Of a stretch of DNA of 64,000 bases, positions 9,171 through 18,927 are shown one piece after another. The stretch lies in the IMG/VR virus record IMGVR_UViG_3300021963_000035, positions 1 to 64,000 of that record; one strand, given 5' to 3'. Source of the stretch: a virus. Every line of letters starts with the position of its first letter. Position 1 is the stretch's first letter. The translations under genes and the position numbers were made by a program. Under the pieces are notes generated by a model that had not been told where the DNA came from, made no database searches, and worked only from the letters and a program-made list of their open reading frames with translations.

Positions 9171-10520
9171 TTTGTAAAATTGTTCCATTTCAGGAAATGT
9201 TTTTAGAAAATTAGTTCCCCGTCTGCGATCGTACTCATTGAACCAATTATAAAAATCTTTTCGACCTTCTTTTAATCGTTCTTCGCTATAGTTAGTTGTT
9301 TTCATATAATCAACTACACGCCTAAATTTTTCAAACTCAAGATCGGAGAATTTAGTACGATCCAGATCATCCAAGTTATCTTTGATGAATTTTAGATGCG
9401 ATTCCATGTAAGGAATGTAATCTTCCTTGGGCAGTATATTCATGTCATACTGCAAAGGTTCTTTTAAAAACGGTGTATCAAATCTAATGCGTTGCCATTT
9501 ATTTTGTTCTAAACCGTTATATCTCTTTCTCCACTCTAATATCTTTTCCAGCAAACTCTGAAAATTTGTCACTGTAAGAATATTAAAAGTTATCATAAAA
9601 GTAATAGGCAATGCTGTCTTGGTAAGATAGGTATTTAAATTTGTTTCCCACACAGATAGATCCAACCCTGTACGAATATACTCTGCAGAATCTCCCCATG
9701 TATCTATACTAGTAAAAATTTTAAAATCTTTTATTTTACCGTTATTAACTAAATTATTAACTTTTTCTACTAGTCTACTGATTAGTAAGGGCTTAACACC
9801 AAAATTGCTGTTGATGTTTAATTCTAAATTTGGTAGGGGATTCTGTTCTAAATCATCTAGCAATTTCCAAGTACTCTGTTGCAATAAAGGTTCGCCACCA
9901 GTAATACGCAAGATAGTTAATGTCTTACGAACTTCTGGCCACCACTCCCACCAAGCAGCAACATATGGATTTGTTTCTTCTTCGTAGATTTGAAACCAAT
10001 TGATATCATTCCGATGATTACGAACCATAGTATACGGTCCGTGATCTTTGATCTCTTTATAATAGCTGCTGCTGTGTTTAGGATGACAATATCCGCACTT
10101 GAAATTGCATTCATTTCCAAAAGAAATTTCAATATACTGTGGGTTAACAGGACTCATTGGATTTTCGACAACATTTTTAAAACGTTGCTCTGTGTAGATA
10201 CTAGCATTACGCTCGTGTCGATCACTGATGTATTCAGATCCTAATGCTTCTATATTCCAACAATATTGACACCCTGACGGTTTCTTGCCTTCTAACATGT
10301 CAAATCTCTCTGACATCTTTTGTGGTGTATTATGCAATACGCTAGGATTGTGTGATAACTGATCTAGAGGAATCTTATGAGGAGGGGGATGATAACAACT
10401 ATGTGTTTCTCCCGTCTGTAGATATATTGTAGTATGATGCCATTTGGCCATACAGAATGTAGGACTAACTTCATTCATTATCGGAATGAACTTTTTAATC
10501 CTCGATATGTCTTGCATCAA
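9153..10520 (-). CDS. radical SAM enzyme with N-terminal SPASM/twitch-like Cys region
   Basis: CNFKCGYC (CxxxCxxC), ITGGEPLL, plus N-terminal Cys motifs FCMAKW...HSCYH...GCQYCW. Confidence 0.85.
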   Translation of the reverse strand: MMQDISRIKKFIPIMNEVSPTFCMAKWHHTTIYLQTGETHSCYHPPPHKIPLDQLSHNPSVLHNTPQKMSERFDMLEGKKPSGCQYCWNIEALGSEYISDRHERNASIYTEQRFKNVVENPMSPVNPQYIEISFGNECNFKCGYCHPKHSSSYYKEIKDHGPYTMVRNHRNDINWFQIYEEETNPYVAAWWEWWPEVRKTLTILRITGGEPLLQQSTWKLLDDLEQNPLPNLELNINSNFGVKPLLISRLVEKVNNLVNNGKIKDFKIFTSIDTWGDSAEYIRTGLDLSVWETNLNTYLTKTALPITFMITFNILTVTNFQSLLEKILEWRKRYNGLEQNKWQRIRFDTPFLKEPLQYDMNILPKEDYIPYMESHLKFIKDNLDDLDRTKFSDLEFEKFRRVVDYMKTTNYSEERLKEGRKDFYNWFNEYDRRRGTNFLKTFPEMEQFYKLCSVF

Positions 10521-11538
10521 ACTGTTCCTTTAACCAAATAAAATCATTAATCTTTGCTAATTTTTCAGGATCATCTTGCCATTCAACACCGAATGATCTA
10601 CCAGAGACTGCTCCATCTATAGCATACTTTCCATAAAGACTATGTTTGCCTAGAGTACACCATGCTTCTAGTCTCTCTTCTGATTCTTTACTTACTTGTC
10701 CGTGGAGTCTTTTACTGGCTAATTTGACACATTCTCTAAATGCGCTACGCCAGGTACTGAATGGATCTGTGTTAAATGCTGTAACATTGCTAACCTGTTC
10801 CATTGCTTTAAATTTTTTACTGATACTAGTAGTCATGTCAGGGCTAGAAACATCAACTTCTAATGTCAGCTGGGTAGGTAAAAGTTTAACGCCGCCGTAA
10901 CCATACTCAAGATCATTTATAGGATTACGGCTGCGCCATACGTGAACTACATCTCTATCGTGCTTAGGAACATAATAATCTAAATTAAAATCTTCTAGCA
11001 ACTCTGCATCAGCATCTACGACCCAGAACATAGGTGTTGATACTAATTTTGCTGCTTCTATATGGGCTTGATGGATTCCTTTTACACCGTGAACACGTTT
11101 AGAATCAGGGTAACGATTTAAAAGTTTTTGATAGTTTTCATCTGCAAAAGTTTCATTATAACTTATAAAAACAATTTCAGACGGGATTGAATAGGTTGCA
11201 TTTATGTCAAGGTCTTTAGTCTTACCAGTAAAAAACTGATATTGCCATTCTCGCTTGGTGATATTGGTTCCTCTAGGAATCAAATATACGCCAAGTCGCC
11301 TTCCATTATCTTGCAGAAATCTGTGTATGTATTCTTTATCCCAAGCAGGAACAATATAGTCGAAATCGTAAAAAATAGTACAGTCATCATCTATTATCCA
11401 AGCAAATTTAGTAAATGTATCTGATAGTGCTTGCTGAACACTTTCTCTTTTTTGAGCGTGTGAAAACTTTTTCTTTATCTGTTGCCATCTAGATTCAGAA
11501 CCGGGAGTTTTTTGATCGATAAAAAATAGATCATACAT
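10495..11538 (-). CDS. putative glycosyltransferase (GT-A fold, GT2-like)
   Basis: IVFISYNE...RVHGVKGIHQAHIEAA...FWVVDADA (DxD)...YGYGGVKL...WRSAFREC. A degenerate N-terminal copy has WIIDDD. Confidence 0.65.
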   Translation of the reverse strand: MYDLFFIDQKTPGSESRWQQIKKKFSHAQKRESVQQALSDTFTKFAWIIDDDCTIFYDFDYIVPAWDKEYIHRFLQDNGRRLGVYLIPRGTNITKREWQYQFFTGKTKDLDINATYSIPSEIVFISYNETFADENYQKLLNRYPDSKRVHGVKGIHQAHIEAAKLVSTPMFWVVDADAELLEDFNLDYYVPKHDRDVVHVWRSRNPINDLEYGYGGVKLLPTQLTLEVDVSSPDMTTSISKKFKAMEQVSNVTAFNTDPFSTWRSAFRECVKLASKRLHGQVSKESEERLEAWCTLGKHSLYGKYAIDGAVSGRSFGVEWQDDPEKLAKINDFIWLKEQFDARHIED

Positions 11539-12436
11539 TTGTATAGTAGTAAGTAGCGCAAAGATTTATTGTTTCGTTATAAACATCAGAGACATATTTG
11601 CTTTGATCTTTATCAAAATTTAAATATTCGAATCCTAGATTGTAACGGATTTTTTCTCCCAGATCTTTGATAGCATCAACAAGACCGTTGTCGTTATCTT
11701 CTTCATACGGCTTACCGTACTGTTCCCAAATGCCTTTTAATATTTCAAAGTCTCTTACATCTACATAATTCCAATCAGTGCAATTAGTTAACCAGGTACC
11801 TAATCTTGCACCGTAAATGGCATATAGTCCGTTATCTACGTGTGCTCCAACTGTTGACCAAATTTTTAATCTATGTAAATTATGCCACCAAACACGTTGT
11901 CGTATTTCTTGAGGCGGAACTTTGACTCCATTATATAATGTCATTTTAACACCCTCTCTAAAGCCAGCTCTCCAGGCCTGATACGGTGTTACATTAATAA
12001 TACTCTGGCTGAAAGATTTAGGATGATTCCTATATCCGTCTTCCCAACAAAAGTCCACTTGTGCTTGGTCACTTTCTGCGGCTTCGTGTGTTTTCATGTT
12101 TCTAATAAAATCTTTATTCCAGATTTTTAGGCCGCCGTTGCCGTATCGAAGGTTGTTTACAGAATTAATTCCGCACCAGCCATAGACTTGTATCTTAGGA
12201 TCATCCATGCTAAGATCTAAATCAAAAAAACTAGTATCAACTATATTATCACCGTCGACTGTAATAAGCCAATCCGTGTCTGATAATTCTGCCGCAGCCT
12301 TGTGTGCAGCATCAGAACCCTTAACACCGTGAATACGTTTAGCCCAGGGTGCTTTAGTTAAAAGATCCGCATAATTTAAATCTGCGTTTGGTTCGTCATA
12401 GGAAATAAAAACGATGTCGTGCTCAATTACTTTCAT
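11531..12436 (-). CDS. putative glycosyltransferase (GT-A fold, GT2-like)
   Basis: IVFISYDE...RIHGVKGSDAAHKAAA...ITVDGDN (DxD)...YGNGGLKI...AWRAGFREG. Paralogue of 10495..11538. Confidence 0.65.
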   Translation of the reverse strand: MKVIEHDIVFISYDEPNADLNYADLLTKAPWAKRIHGVKGSDAAHKAAAELSDTDWLITVDGDNIVDTSFFDLDLSMDDPKIQVYGWCGINSVNNLRYGNGGLKIWNKDFIRNMKTHEAAESDQAQVDFCWEDGYRNHPKSFSQSIINVTPYQAWRAGFREGVKMTLYNGVKVPPQEIRQRVWWHNLHRLKIWSTVGAHVDNGLYAIYGARLGTWLTNCTDWNYVDVRDFEILKGIWEQYGKPYEEDNDNGLVDAIKDLGEKIRYNLGFEYLNFDKDQSKYVSDVYNETINLCATYYYTNV

Positions 12437-13050
12437 TTGACCTCAAATGCTATCTTATCAACAAACTTCAGGTAGTACATACTAATGTCAACAGGAAGAT
12501 GACTGCTATTGAAGAACATCCTATGTTCTCCGTGAGTGATTAGAGTTTGTAAATCTAATTTTATTGTATTATAAATTACCGTAGCGTCGTTGTAATCAGT
12601 TATCCAAATATTGTGATCGTATTCGATCCATTTTTCTAATAATTGAATTAAATCTTTATTATGTAATTTAATTACTAACTCTTTTGGTTCTAGTAAAATA
12701 GAAATTCCAATATCTACTGTATTATCAAGTATCTCGTTTTGGAATTCAATTCTTGACAAATCACCCCAATCCGAAACTTTCTGTGGTTTTAATTTAATAT
12801 GATTTGTTTTCAAATCATTACAATATCTATACATTCCGGCATTTACTAACGGATCTAAAAATTCCATTTCGGACTCGTGCATCTTTCTTACTTCACTGTG
12901 CATAATGTGAGTACGATTTTGATATTTCCTAGGATCCTTAGGATGAACTCCCACAATATCTCCGTTAAAAATATTGTAACTAATATGCCAATCCTCTTTT
13001 TGCGCTTCGGCAAATTCTGTTAATAATTTTATAAAATTTGTGTTATCCAT
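12433..13050 (-). CDS. hypothetical protein in glycosyltransferase operon
   Basis: 205-aa ORF overlapping both neighbours. Confidence 0.7.
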   Translation of the reverse strand: MDNTNFIKLLTEFAEAQKEDWHISYNIFNGDIVGVHPKDPRKYQNRTHIMHSEVRKMHESEMEFLDPLVNAGMYRYCNDLKTNHIKLKPQKVSDWGDLSRIEFQNEILDNTVDIGISILLEPKELVIKLHNKDLIQLLEKWIEYDHNIWITDYNDATVIYNTIKLDLQTLITHGEHRMFFNSSHLPVDISMYYLKFVDKIAFEVK

Positions 13051-13897
13051 CCTTTATCCTTTTTCGATTGATACGATTATATGTATTAATATCGTCCATT
13101 GTTATAACACTCTTATTTACATAATGTACGATGTCGGTTTGCGAATAATTTCCAATTTTAAGCTGAGCTTCTCGATTTAGAAAGAATTTTAGGTATCTTG
13201 TCCAATTTTCATCAACTAAATTAGCATCTTGCACATTGGATTTCATATGGACTATGCGAGGGAATCCTAAATCGAATGATATTTCATCTGTTATTCCTAA
13301 AATCTTAGAAGATAGTGCAAATGCTTCATCTGTTCCTATAGGTGATCCCACATCCTGATCTATCATTAAATTTTTAAACTCTTTAGGATACTTGGTTATG
13401 TATCGCACCATTTTAAAAAACTCTCTAGATATTTCAGAGTCCTTTTTAAAAAATGTAAAAGCAGAGTATAAATCTGGAAGATCGTTTTTAGTGAACATTC
13501 GACGATAAAAATCAGACTTTATTTTATCGCCTCTAAAGTTATATGCCCCTTTGGTTACATATAAATCTGTAAATTCTCTAAGTTTATCTATCCAATGACT
13601 GTAATCCGACATAAACAACATGTCTGCATCAAGGCAAACGGTATCGTCCCAAGGACTCAGTTGATCCATCCAACTTCTTCCGTCCCAATGAGTTTCTTTA
13701 TTCCAAAATTGAATCTTATCGAACACCCAGATATTGTTTAATATCGGAAGCCAATTCTCATCATCGGTGACTATTGCTACGTTGTCGTATCCTGTTGGCT
13801 GTGTCTTTTTAATAGACAATGCTAATGCATGCGCCATTCTATGATAATTATGACTCTGATGTTTAGCAACAATGATCAAATAACCAAATGATCTCAT
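13043..13897 (-). CDS. putative glycosyltransferase (GT-A, GT8-like)
   Basis: YHRMAHALALSIK...VAIVTD...SPWDDTVCLDADML (DxD)...YSAFTFFKK...TDEAFAL...VHMK. Confidence 0.65.
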   Translation of the reverse strand: MRSFGYLIIVAKHQSHNYHRMAHALALSIKKTQPTGYDNVAIVTDDENWLPILNNIWVFDKIQFWNKETHWDGRSWMDQLSPWDDTVCLDADMLFMSDYSHWIDKLREFTDLYVTKGAYNFRGDKIKSDFYRRMFTKNDLPDLYSAFTFFKKDSEISREFFKMVRYITKYPKEFKNLMIDQDVGSPIGTDEAFALSSKILGITDEISFDLGFPRIVHMKSNVQDANLVDENWTRYLKFFLNREAQLKIGNYSQTDIVHYVNKSVITMDDINTYNRINRKRIKDG

Positions 13898-14739
13898 AAT
13901 TCTAAAATTGTGTCTATGTTATCAATTAAAAACTGTTTATTCATAAAATGAAGATCAGTATCTTTAACTTTTATGGGGTAAATTTTATCAGTCTTTGGTA
14001 AAAGAAATTTTAATAAAGAGTTTTTATTAAATTCTTGAACTATAACTGCTTCGTGAATCGTTTTAATCGGAGGTAATTCATATTTTACGTTCTTTTTAAA
14101 ACCATCAATTATATGTAGAGCAACCGTAAATGCTATATCATTTCGAAACTGTTTAGTATCAAACTTGTAAATAGAACCAAAATAAAAATAATTGTTCTTT
14201 ATAAATTTAACTAGATCAAATATAGCTTTCGATTCTGCATCTTTTTTAAAAAAAATAGTTGTAGCCCATTTTAAATCTAATGATGTAGGACTAAGTCGAT
14301 AATCTAATATTCCTTTAACTTCAGGATCAAAAAAATCTACAGCTGAAGATATTAAAAAACTTTGATCTACATCCCAATACCTGTTTAGCTCTTTAGTAAA
14401 AATTAAAAAATCAGAATCAAATAGCAATGTCTGATCGTATGGAGTTAAATCGTATGCAGAATCTCTGTTTAGATTTAAAAAAGAAGTTTGCTCACCAGTT
14501 ACAAGGCTTTTCCTCTTATTAGTAGCAACTACATCATCTGTTAATACAATAGACTCAAAAACTTGATCTAATAAAGTCTGATACTTTGTATTAGTTAAAC
14601 TCTCAAGAGACTTCGAATCAGTTACTAAAGAAACAGGATAACCTAAATTGTCTTTAGCTAACTTAGCTGACCCTAACGCCATTAACAAATAATTTGTCTT
14701 TTCGTTATTATGAGCGTAAGTTAATAAACCACGTTTCAT
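13894..14739 (-). CDS. putative glycosyltransferase (GT-A, GT8-like)
   Basis: NYLLMA...VSLVTD...TPYDQTLLFDSDFL (DxD)...WATTIFFKK...RNDIAFTVA...HFMNK. Paralogue of 13043..13897. Confidence 0.65.
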   Translation of the reverse strand: MKRGLLTYAHNNEKTNYLLMALGSAKLAKDNLGYPVSLVTDSKSLESLTNTKYQTLLDQVFESIVLTDDVVATNKRKSLVTGEQTSFLNLNRDSAYDLTPYDQTLLFDSDFLIFTKELNRYWDVDQSFLISSAVDFFDPEVKGILDYRLSPTSLDLKWATTIFFKKDAESKAIFDLVKFIKNNYFYFGSIYKFDTKQFRNDIAFTVALHIIDGFKKNVKYELPPIKTIHEAVIVQEFNKNSLLKFLLPKTDKIYPIKVKDTDLHFMNKQFLIDNIDTILEL

Positions 14740-15086
14740 AGATCTACCAATCCAGAAACAGTTCGTTGTTTTTTTAATTTTTCAAATTCTAAGATGTAAT
14801 CAGTAGTCGATGCAAAATATGCATCAAGGATTTTATCCATAAAATCACTGACGTCTTTTATTAGGATAGGATTTTGATTAACATCGAGAACGGGAACATT
14901 TTCTAATCGATTCTTTCTAATTAAAAAATCAATAAAATTAATTAGATTACTATCAATGTAAAAAATTCCGCCGTCGTGCCCTATAGTAAGATTTGATTGA
15001 AGCTTATCCTTTAGAATCTTTATTTGAGATTCTAAAGTTTTTCTATAATTGGCAAAATCTAATGCTCGTTTTAATGTTTCATCCAT
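14736..15086 (-). CDS. hypothetical protein (first gene of GT operon)
   Basis: 116-aa ORF, ATGA-coupled to the GT gene. Confidence 0.75.
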   Translation of the reverse strand: MDETLKRALDFANYRKTLESQIKILKDKLQSNLTIGHDGGIFYIDSNLINFIDFLIRKNRLENVPVLDVNQNPILIKDVSDFMDKILDAYFASTTDYILEFEKLKKQRTVSGLVDL

Positions 15087-15089
15087 GAT

Positions 15090-15117
15090 AGTACAGTCTG
15101 TTAATAAACTGTACTTA
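15090..15117 (-). promoter_or_regulatory. hairpin over translation start with overlapping TAAGTA (late-promoter variant)
   Basis: Inverted repeat AGTACAGT (15090-15097) / ACTGTACT (15108-15115), 3 nt from the ATG. Minus-strand TAAGTA at 15112-15117. Confidence 0.4.
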
Positions 15118-15149
15118 GTGAGGATTTAGATATGCGTTGAGATTTATGA

Positions 15150-16091
15150 TTACGAACCAGTCCAATCGACTTGGCCGTAACCACCGGGACCGGGACCAAC
15201 GATAGTATTAAAGCTCTTACGCTGAGTTACCTGGCACTGAGCTAGGCCACCTGCACTGTCGCCGTAACCTACACCCTGGCCAATTGCTGTTCCACCGCTA
15301 TAACTATCTCTAAATCTCACAATAATGGTAACTTGAGAGGATAGACCGGGAACACCGTTATTGTTAACTGCGATTAGTTGAAGTTGATTTCCACTATAGC
15401 TTCCAGAACCATTTAATGTATAGAATGCTCTTTCAGTGACGCCTGTTGCATAGTAGTCTGTGGCTCCAAAAAACTGAGGACCACCGTTTAAAGATTGATT
15501 AGCAGTATCGCAAATCGTTTGCCAGCTGTTCGAATGAGGAGCATTGTTTCCTGTAATAGATGGAGAAAATGTAGGTCTAACAAAGAAACCACCGCCCGCA
15601 TTAAAGAAAGCGTTGGCGTCTGATGCTGTTGCAAATGAAATTACTGCGGAGTACTGAGCTTGAACGCTGAAAGTTATCGACTTAGGTGGCAATGCTGCTA
15701 GATTTGTTGGAATAGTATCTTCATATTCACCAACTGCTACTGAGAATCTTGAGCTATTAATAGTATCTGCTAGTGTATTATATGCATCATACGTAGACCA
15801 TTGAATTGTACTATACAAAGCAACGTTAGTTAGTGTGCCACTTCCTGCCTGGTGTGTTCTTGCTTTCAGTATATCGAGACGCATAGCATCCCATTGTGAT
15901 TCTCTTACCTTTGTATCTGTATTTACAGCAACGTTTGACGCATCTAATGCAACACCATATCCGTACTGATATCTAGCAGAATATTGGGTGTCTCCGCTTG
16001 CTATGTAAGTTTGACCAGAATCTAATACCCTGCCTGTCTTATTTCTTAAGGTATTCCAATCACTAACTGAAATTTTATCATATTGTGCCAC
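15150..16091 (-). CDS. putative virion structural (tail/baseplate-associated) protein
   Basis: 313 aa, GTG start with GGAG SD, G/S/T/A-rich, ANAFFNAGG motif, last gene of the fibre block. Confidence 0.6.
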   Translation of the reverse strand: MAQYDKISVSDWNTLRNKTGRVLDSGQTYIASGDTQYSARYQYGYGVALDASNVAVNTDTKVRESQWDAMRLDILKARTHQAGSGTLTNVALYSTIQWSTYDAYNTLADTINSSRFSVAVGEYEDTIPTNLAALPPKSITFSVQAQYSAVISFATASDANAFFNAGGGFFVRPTFSPSITGNNAPHSNSWQTICDTANQSLNGGPQFFGATDYYATGVTERAFYTLNGSGSYSGNQLQLIAVNNNGVPGLSSQVTIIVRFRDSYSGGTAIGQGVGYGDSAGGLAQCQVTQRKSFNTIVGPGPGGYGQVDWTGS

Positions 16092-16104
16092 TATATACTC
16101 CCGA

Positions 16105-17919
16105 TCATAATATTACACATTCTACTAATTTAATATCTTCATTATCGCTCGATTCTAGAGCTATTGCAAAAACATCATTTGAATGAGGGACTGCTGCTGA
16201 AGCACAACCATTATTTGCTGCGATGAGTCTATCACCCTTCTTAACTCTTCCTATAACCTTAACAGGCACACGTCCCTTTAATGCTATATATGTTCCTCCT
16301 TCAAGATCACTATTCATCTTGAACGCAGGTTTTTCGGAAACTGCTCCAATAGCACGTTGTCCCCAAGAGCTAGCAGTAACTTCCTTTTCTCCTCCGACTA
16401 CAACAACTGTTCCGACAGCATATTCCTGATCTGCTAGATATTTTTCTGCCAAGTCAGCATATCTAGCTGCTGTAGCTGTACCCTGGAACAATTCTGCGTC
16501 GATGTTTCCGTCTGAACTTCTAGCTACTACTGAAGTTTTATCAACTGCAACTGGCACACTTATGCTAGTTGAATAATATAAAGATCCAACCTTTAGTTGA
16601 TCTGCCTTATCTGCTACACCCACGAACTGATTAGCAAAAACATTACCAGCTGCATTTCTAGAAACAATAGATGACTTATCAATCGAAGCTGGTATAGCAG
16701 TGCTATCACTCTTATTATTAAGTTTGTCAGCATTTCCAGCTGAACCTGTTACAGATCCAAAGATAGTAGCAGGATTATTTGAGTCACCGACAGTACCAAA
16801 AAACGATCCATAGAAGGATTTAGTTGAAGCGACAAACGCATTTGAGTCGTCAGACGCTTTAATATTTCCTTTATGGATACCGGTAGTATCACCGTAAACC
16901 ATTGTTATAGGTGATTGTGAAGATCCTACATTAGTAGCGTATACATTTCTTAGATAAATGTCTCTATATTTGTAAGATGTACTACCAATATCGTATGTTA
17001 GACCTGCACCCGGAGCAATGCCCGAACTACTTACTATCATAATATCTCTGTCTACGCCACCATCCACGATCCTATGTATCATTTGACCAGGAGAATTTGT
17101 AGTTCTTCCCTTTTGATTTTCAAAAATTACATATTCGCCGCCTTGGATATAATTTCTAAATTCGCTATCTTGACCTACTTTTAGGCCAACGTCAGCAAAA
17201 CTAACTTCTTGATTAAAGGTTGCATTAGTTTTTTGTATGTATTCGCTGGCCAACACTCCGCCTAATCTTAATGCATTAGAAGTAGTTCCCCAGAATCTCC
17301 AGTCGTTACTAGATTCACCAGTAGTTGCATTAGTATCAGGTAATGTTACACCCTTCTTTAGAGTACTGAACCCTGATATCCCTTCTGCAGGATCAATGAC
17401 GAATGCTTGTTTGCTTATTATCGCTACTACTGTATCTGCTACTAAAATTTTTAGAATAGCATAATTTGTATTAGTATCTTTTTCTTTTACAACTGACGCT
17501 TGGAAAGTCGAAGCCCCAAACGCTGGCGCAGTTGGAGGGCCAATTAAAGTAAAGTCTGATCCGTTCCAGGCTTTTAATTGATTAGTACCAGTGTCAAACC
17601 AAAAATCTCCAGTAGCTAAACCAGTAGGTGGAATATCTCCAATTTCACAACCGCCTGCTACCTTCCATCTAGCACCGTTATAAAATCTTAATTTCTTTGC
17701 ACCGCTATCGTACCAAATCTGTCCATCAATCCTTTTAGGCGGTGCTGTGGTATTTGCAAAATTTTGAAGCAAATGTAGGAAGTTTTCGTTTTGAATTTCA
17801 CCGTAACCGGCATAGTTTTTACCCACAAATCTTATATCTGTAGATGTGTCTACTGTCCCTTCGTTGACAGTAGCTTTTAAAGTTCCGTTAAAATTATTAA
17901 TTGGGTATGAATACGCCAT
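16105..17919 (-). CDS. tail fibre protein with C-terminal intramolecular-chaperone (peptidase G2/S74-like) domain
   Basis: Shared fibre N-terminus (VGKNYAGYGEIQNENFLHLLQNFA...GQIWYD). C-terminus ATAARYADLAEKY...GTVVVVGG...IALKGRVPVKV. Confidence 0.75.
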   Translation of the reverse strand: MAYSYPINNFNGTLKATVNEGTVDTSTDIRFVGKNYAGYGEIQNENFLHLLQNFANTTAPPKRIDGQIWYDSGAKKLRFYNGARWKVAGGCEIGDIPPTGLATGDFWFDTGTNQLKAWNGSDFTLIGPPTAPAFGASTFQASVVKEKDTNTNYAILKILVADTVVAIISKQAFVIDPAEGISGFSTLKKGVTLPDTNATTGESSNDWRFWGTTSNALRLGGVLASEYIQKTNATFNQEVSFADVGLKVGQDSEFRNYIQGGEYVIFENQKGRTTNSPGQMIHRIVDGGVDRDIMIVSSSGIAPGAGLTYDIGSTSYKYRDIYLRNVYATNVGSSQSPITMVYGDTTGIHKGNIKASDDSNAFVASTKSFYGSFFGTVGDSNNPATIFGSVTGSAGNADKLNNKSDSTAIPASIDKSSIVSRNAAGNVFANQFVGVADKADQLKVGSLYYSTSISVPVAVDKTSVVARSSDGNIDAELFQGTATAARYADLAEKYLADQEYAVGTVVVVGGEKEVTASSWGQRAIGAVSEKPAFKMNSDLEGGTYIALKGRVPVKVIGRVKKGDRLIAANNGCASAAVPHSNDVFAIALESSDNEDIKLVECVIL

Positions 17920-17937
17920 TCTCTGCTCCGTTTTTAG

Positions 17938-17944
17938 TATTTAT
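17938..17944 (-). promoter_or_regulatory. late promoter motif ATAAATA
   Basis: Lies 18 nt upstream of the fibre gene, followed by a GGAG SD. Confidence 0.6.
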
Positions 17945-17946
17945 TC

Positions 17947-18429
17947 TTATACAATTTGATTAACACCGCGTTTTTTCTCGATTTCTGCTTTCTCTTCCTC
18001 GGTGCTAACCCAATGATATACATCAGTATTAGAATAATTTTGCAATTTTGTCTGATGTTTTGTTCGCTGTGCATCCAGAAAATCTATCATTTCTTGAAAT
18101 TCCGGTGTCAAATTTAAGGAAGGATTGGCTCGTAGCATACCAATAATGATATTAATCTGCTTGTGTACAGGATACTTGTCTATAATTTTTTGATTAGTAC
18201 CGTACTTTACCAAAGATTCCGAAATAATAGGCTTTTGAAATCTATTTCTAATTTCGCCTGTTTCGTAATCTCCGTACCAAAATTCCCCAGCATCCTCATC
18301 TATATCAATAGATTTGATGTGAAATTTACTTTGAAAAGCCGGCTCGTTTCTAGGAGTATCATCTGTGACTTCCCCAATTAATGCTCCAGTGCTTTTTAAG
18401 AATATCAGTTCTCTTAACAATTTTGCCAT
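17947..18429 (-). CDS. hypothetical protein, possible tail-fibre assembly factor
   Basis: 160 aa, between fibre genes. The IIDKYPVHKQIN segment recalls fibre-associated chaperones. GAGG SD. Confidence 0.55.
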   Translation of the reverse strand: MAKLLRELIFLKSTGALIGEVTDDTPRNEPAFQSKFHIKSIDIDEDAGEFWYGDYETGEIRNRFQKPIISESLVKYGTNQKIIDKYPVHKQINIIIGMLRANPSLNLTPEFQEMIDFLDAQRTKHQTKLQNYSNTDVYHWVSTEEEKAEIEKKRGVNQIV

Positions 18430-18438
18430 TTTTATTCC

Positions 18439-18927
18439 TCACAATCCCCAATGTAAAACTAAGCTATACTTGGGTCTTTCGTCCTGTTCAATCTTAGTAA
18501 CTTCATGTTCTATATGTATTGGCATATCTAACATTGCTCCCGGTTCTTCTTCGACTAGGTGTGCACCGGTTTCATCATAGTAAACAAAGTGAGGTTTATC
18601 ACTTCTTAAGAAAATTAATTTAAATTTCCAATAACCGCCTGCACTATCTCTATGTCGTAATAGATAATCACCCGGATCATATCTATTGATAACAAATCCT
18701 TCTATGTCATCTTTATCGTCTGGTATAGTTTTCCATACAGCCTGTTTTAATTCTTCACTCATGTTAAAATAAAACAAGCTCTTTAACTGACTATTCCCGT
18801 AATCTGTTACAAAATTATATTCTTGTCCTGGCGCTCTTACGCTGAACTTGTGGCTTTCTTTCTCTGCAAGTTCTATGATCTCGTCAACATTAGTAATATA
18901 ATTTTTAACAAGATTAACCTGATACAT
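18439..18927 (-). CDS. 2OG-Fe(II) oxygenase superfamily protein
   Basis: INRYDPGDYLLRHRD (HxD), distal HEVT and PKYSL (RxS-position) motifs of the double-stranded beta-helix fold. Confidence 0.8.
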   Translation of the reverse strand: MYQVNLVKNYITNVDEIIELAEKESHKFSVRAPGQEYNFVTDYGNSQLKSLFYFNMSEELKQAVWKTIPDDKDDIEGFVINRYDPGDYLLRHRDSAGGYWKFKLIFLRSDKPHFVYYDETGAHLVEEEPGAMLDMPIHIEHEVTKIEQDERPKYSLVLHWGL

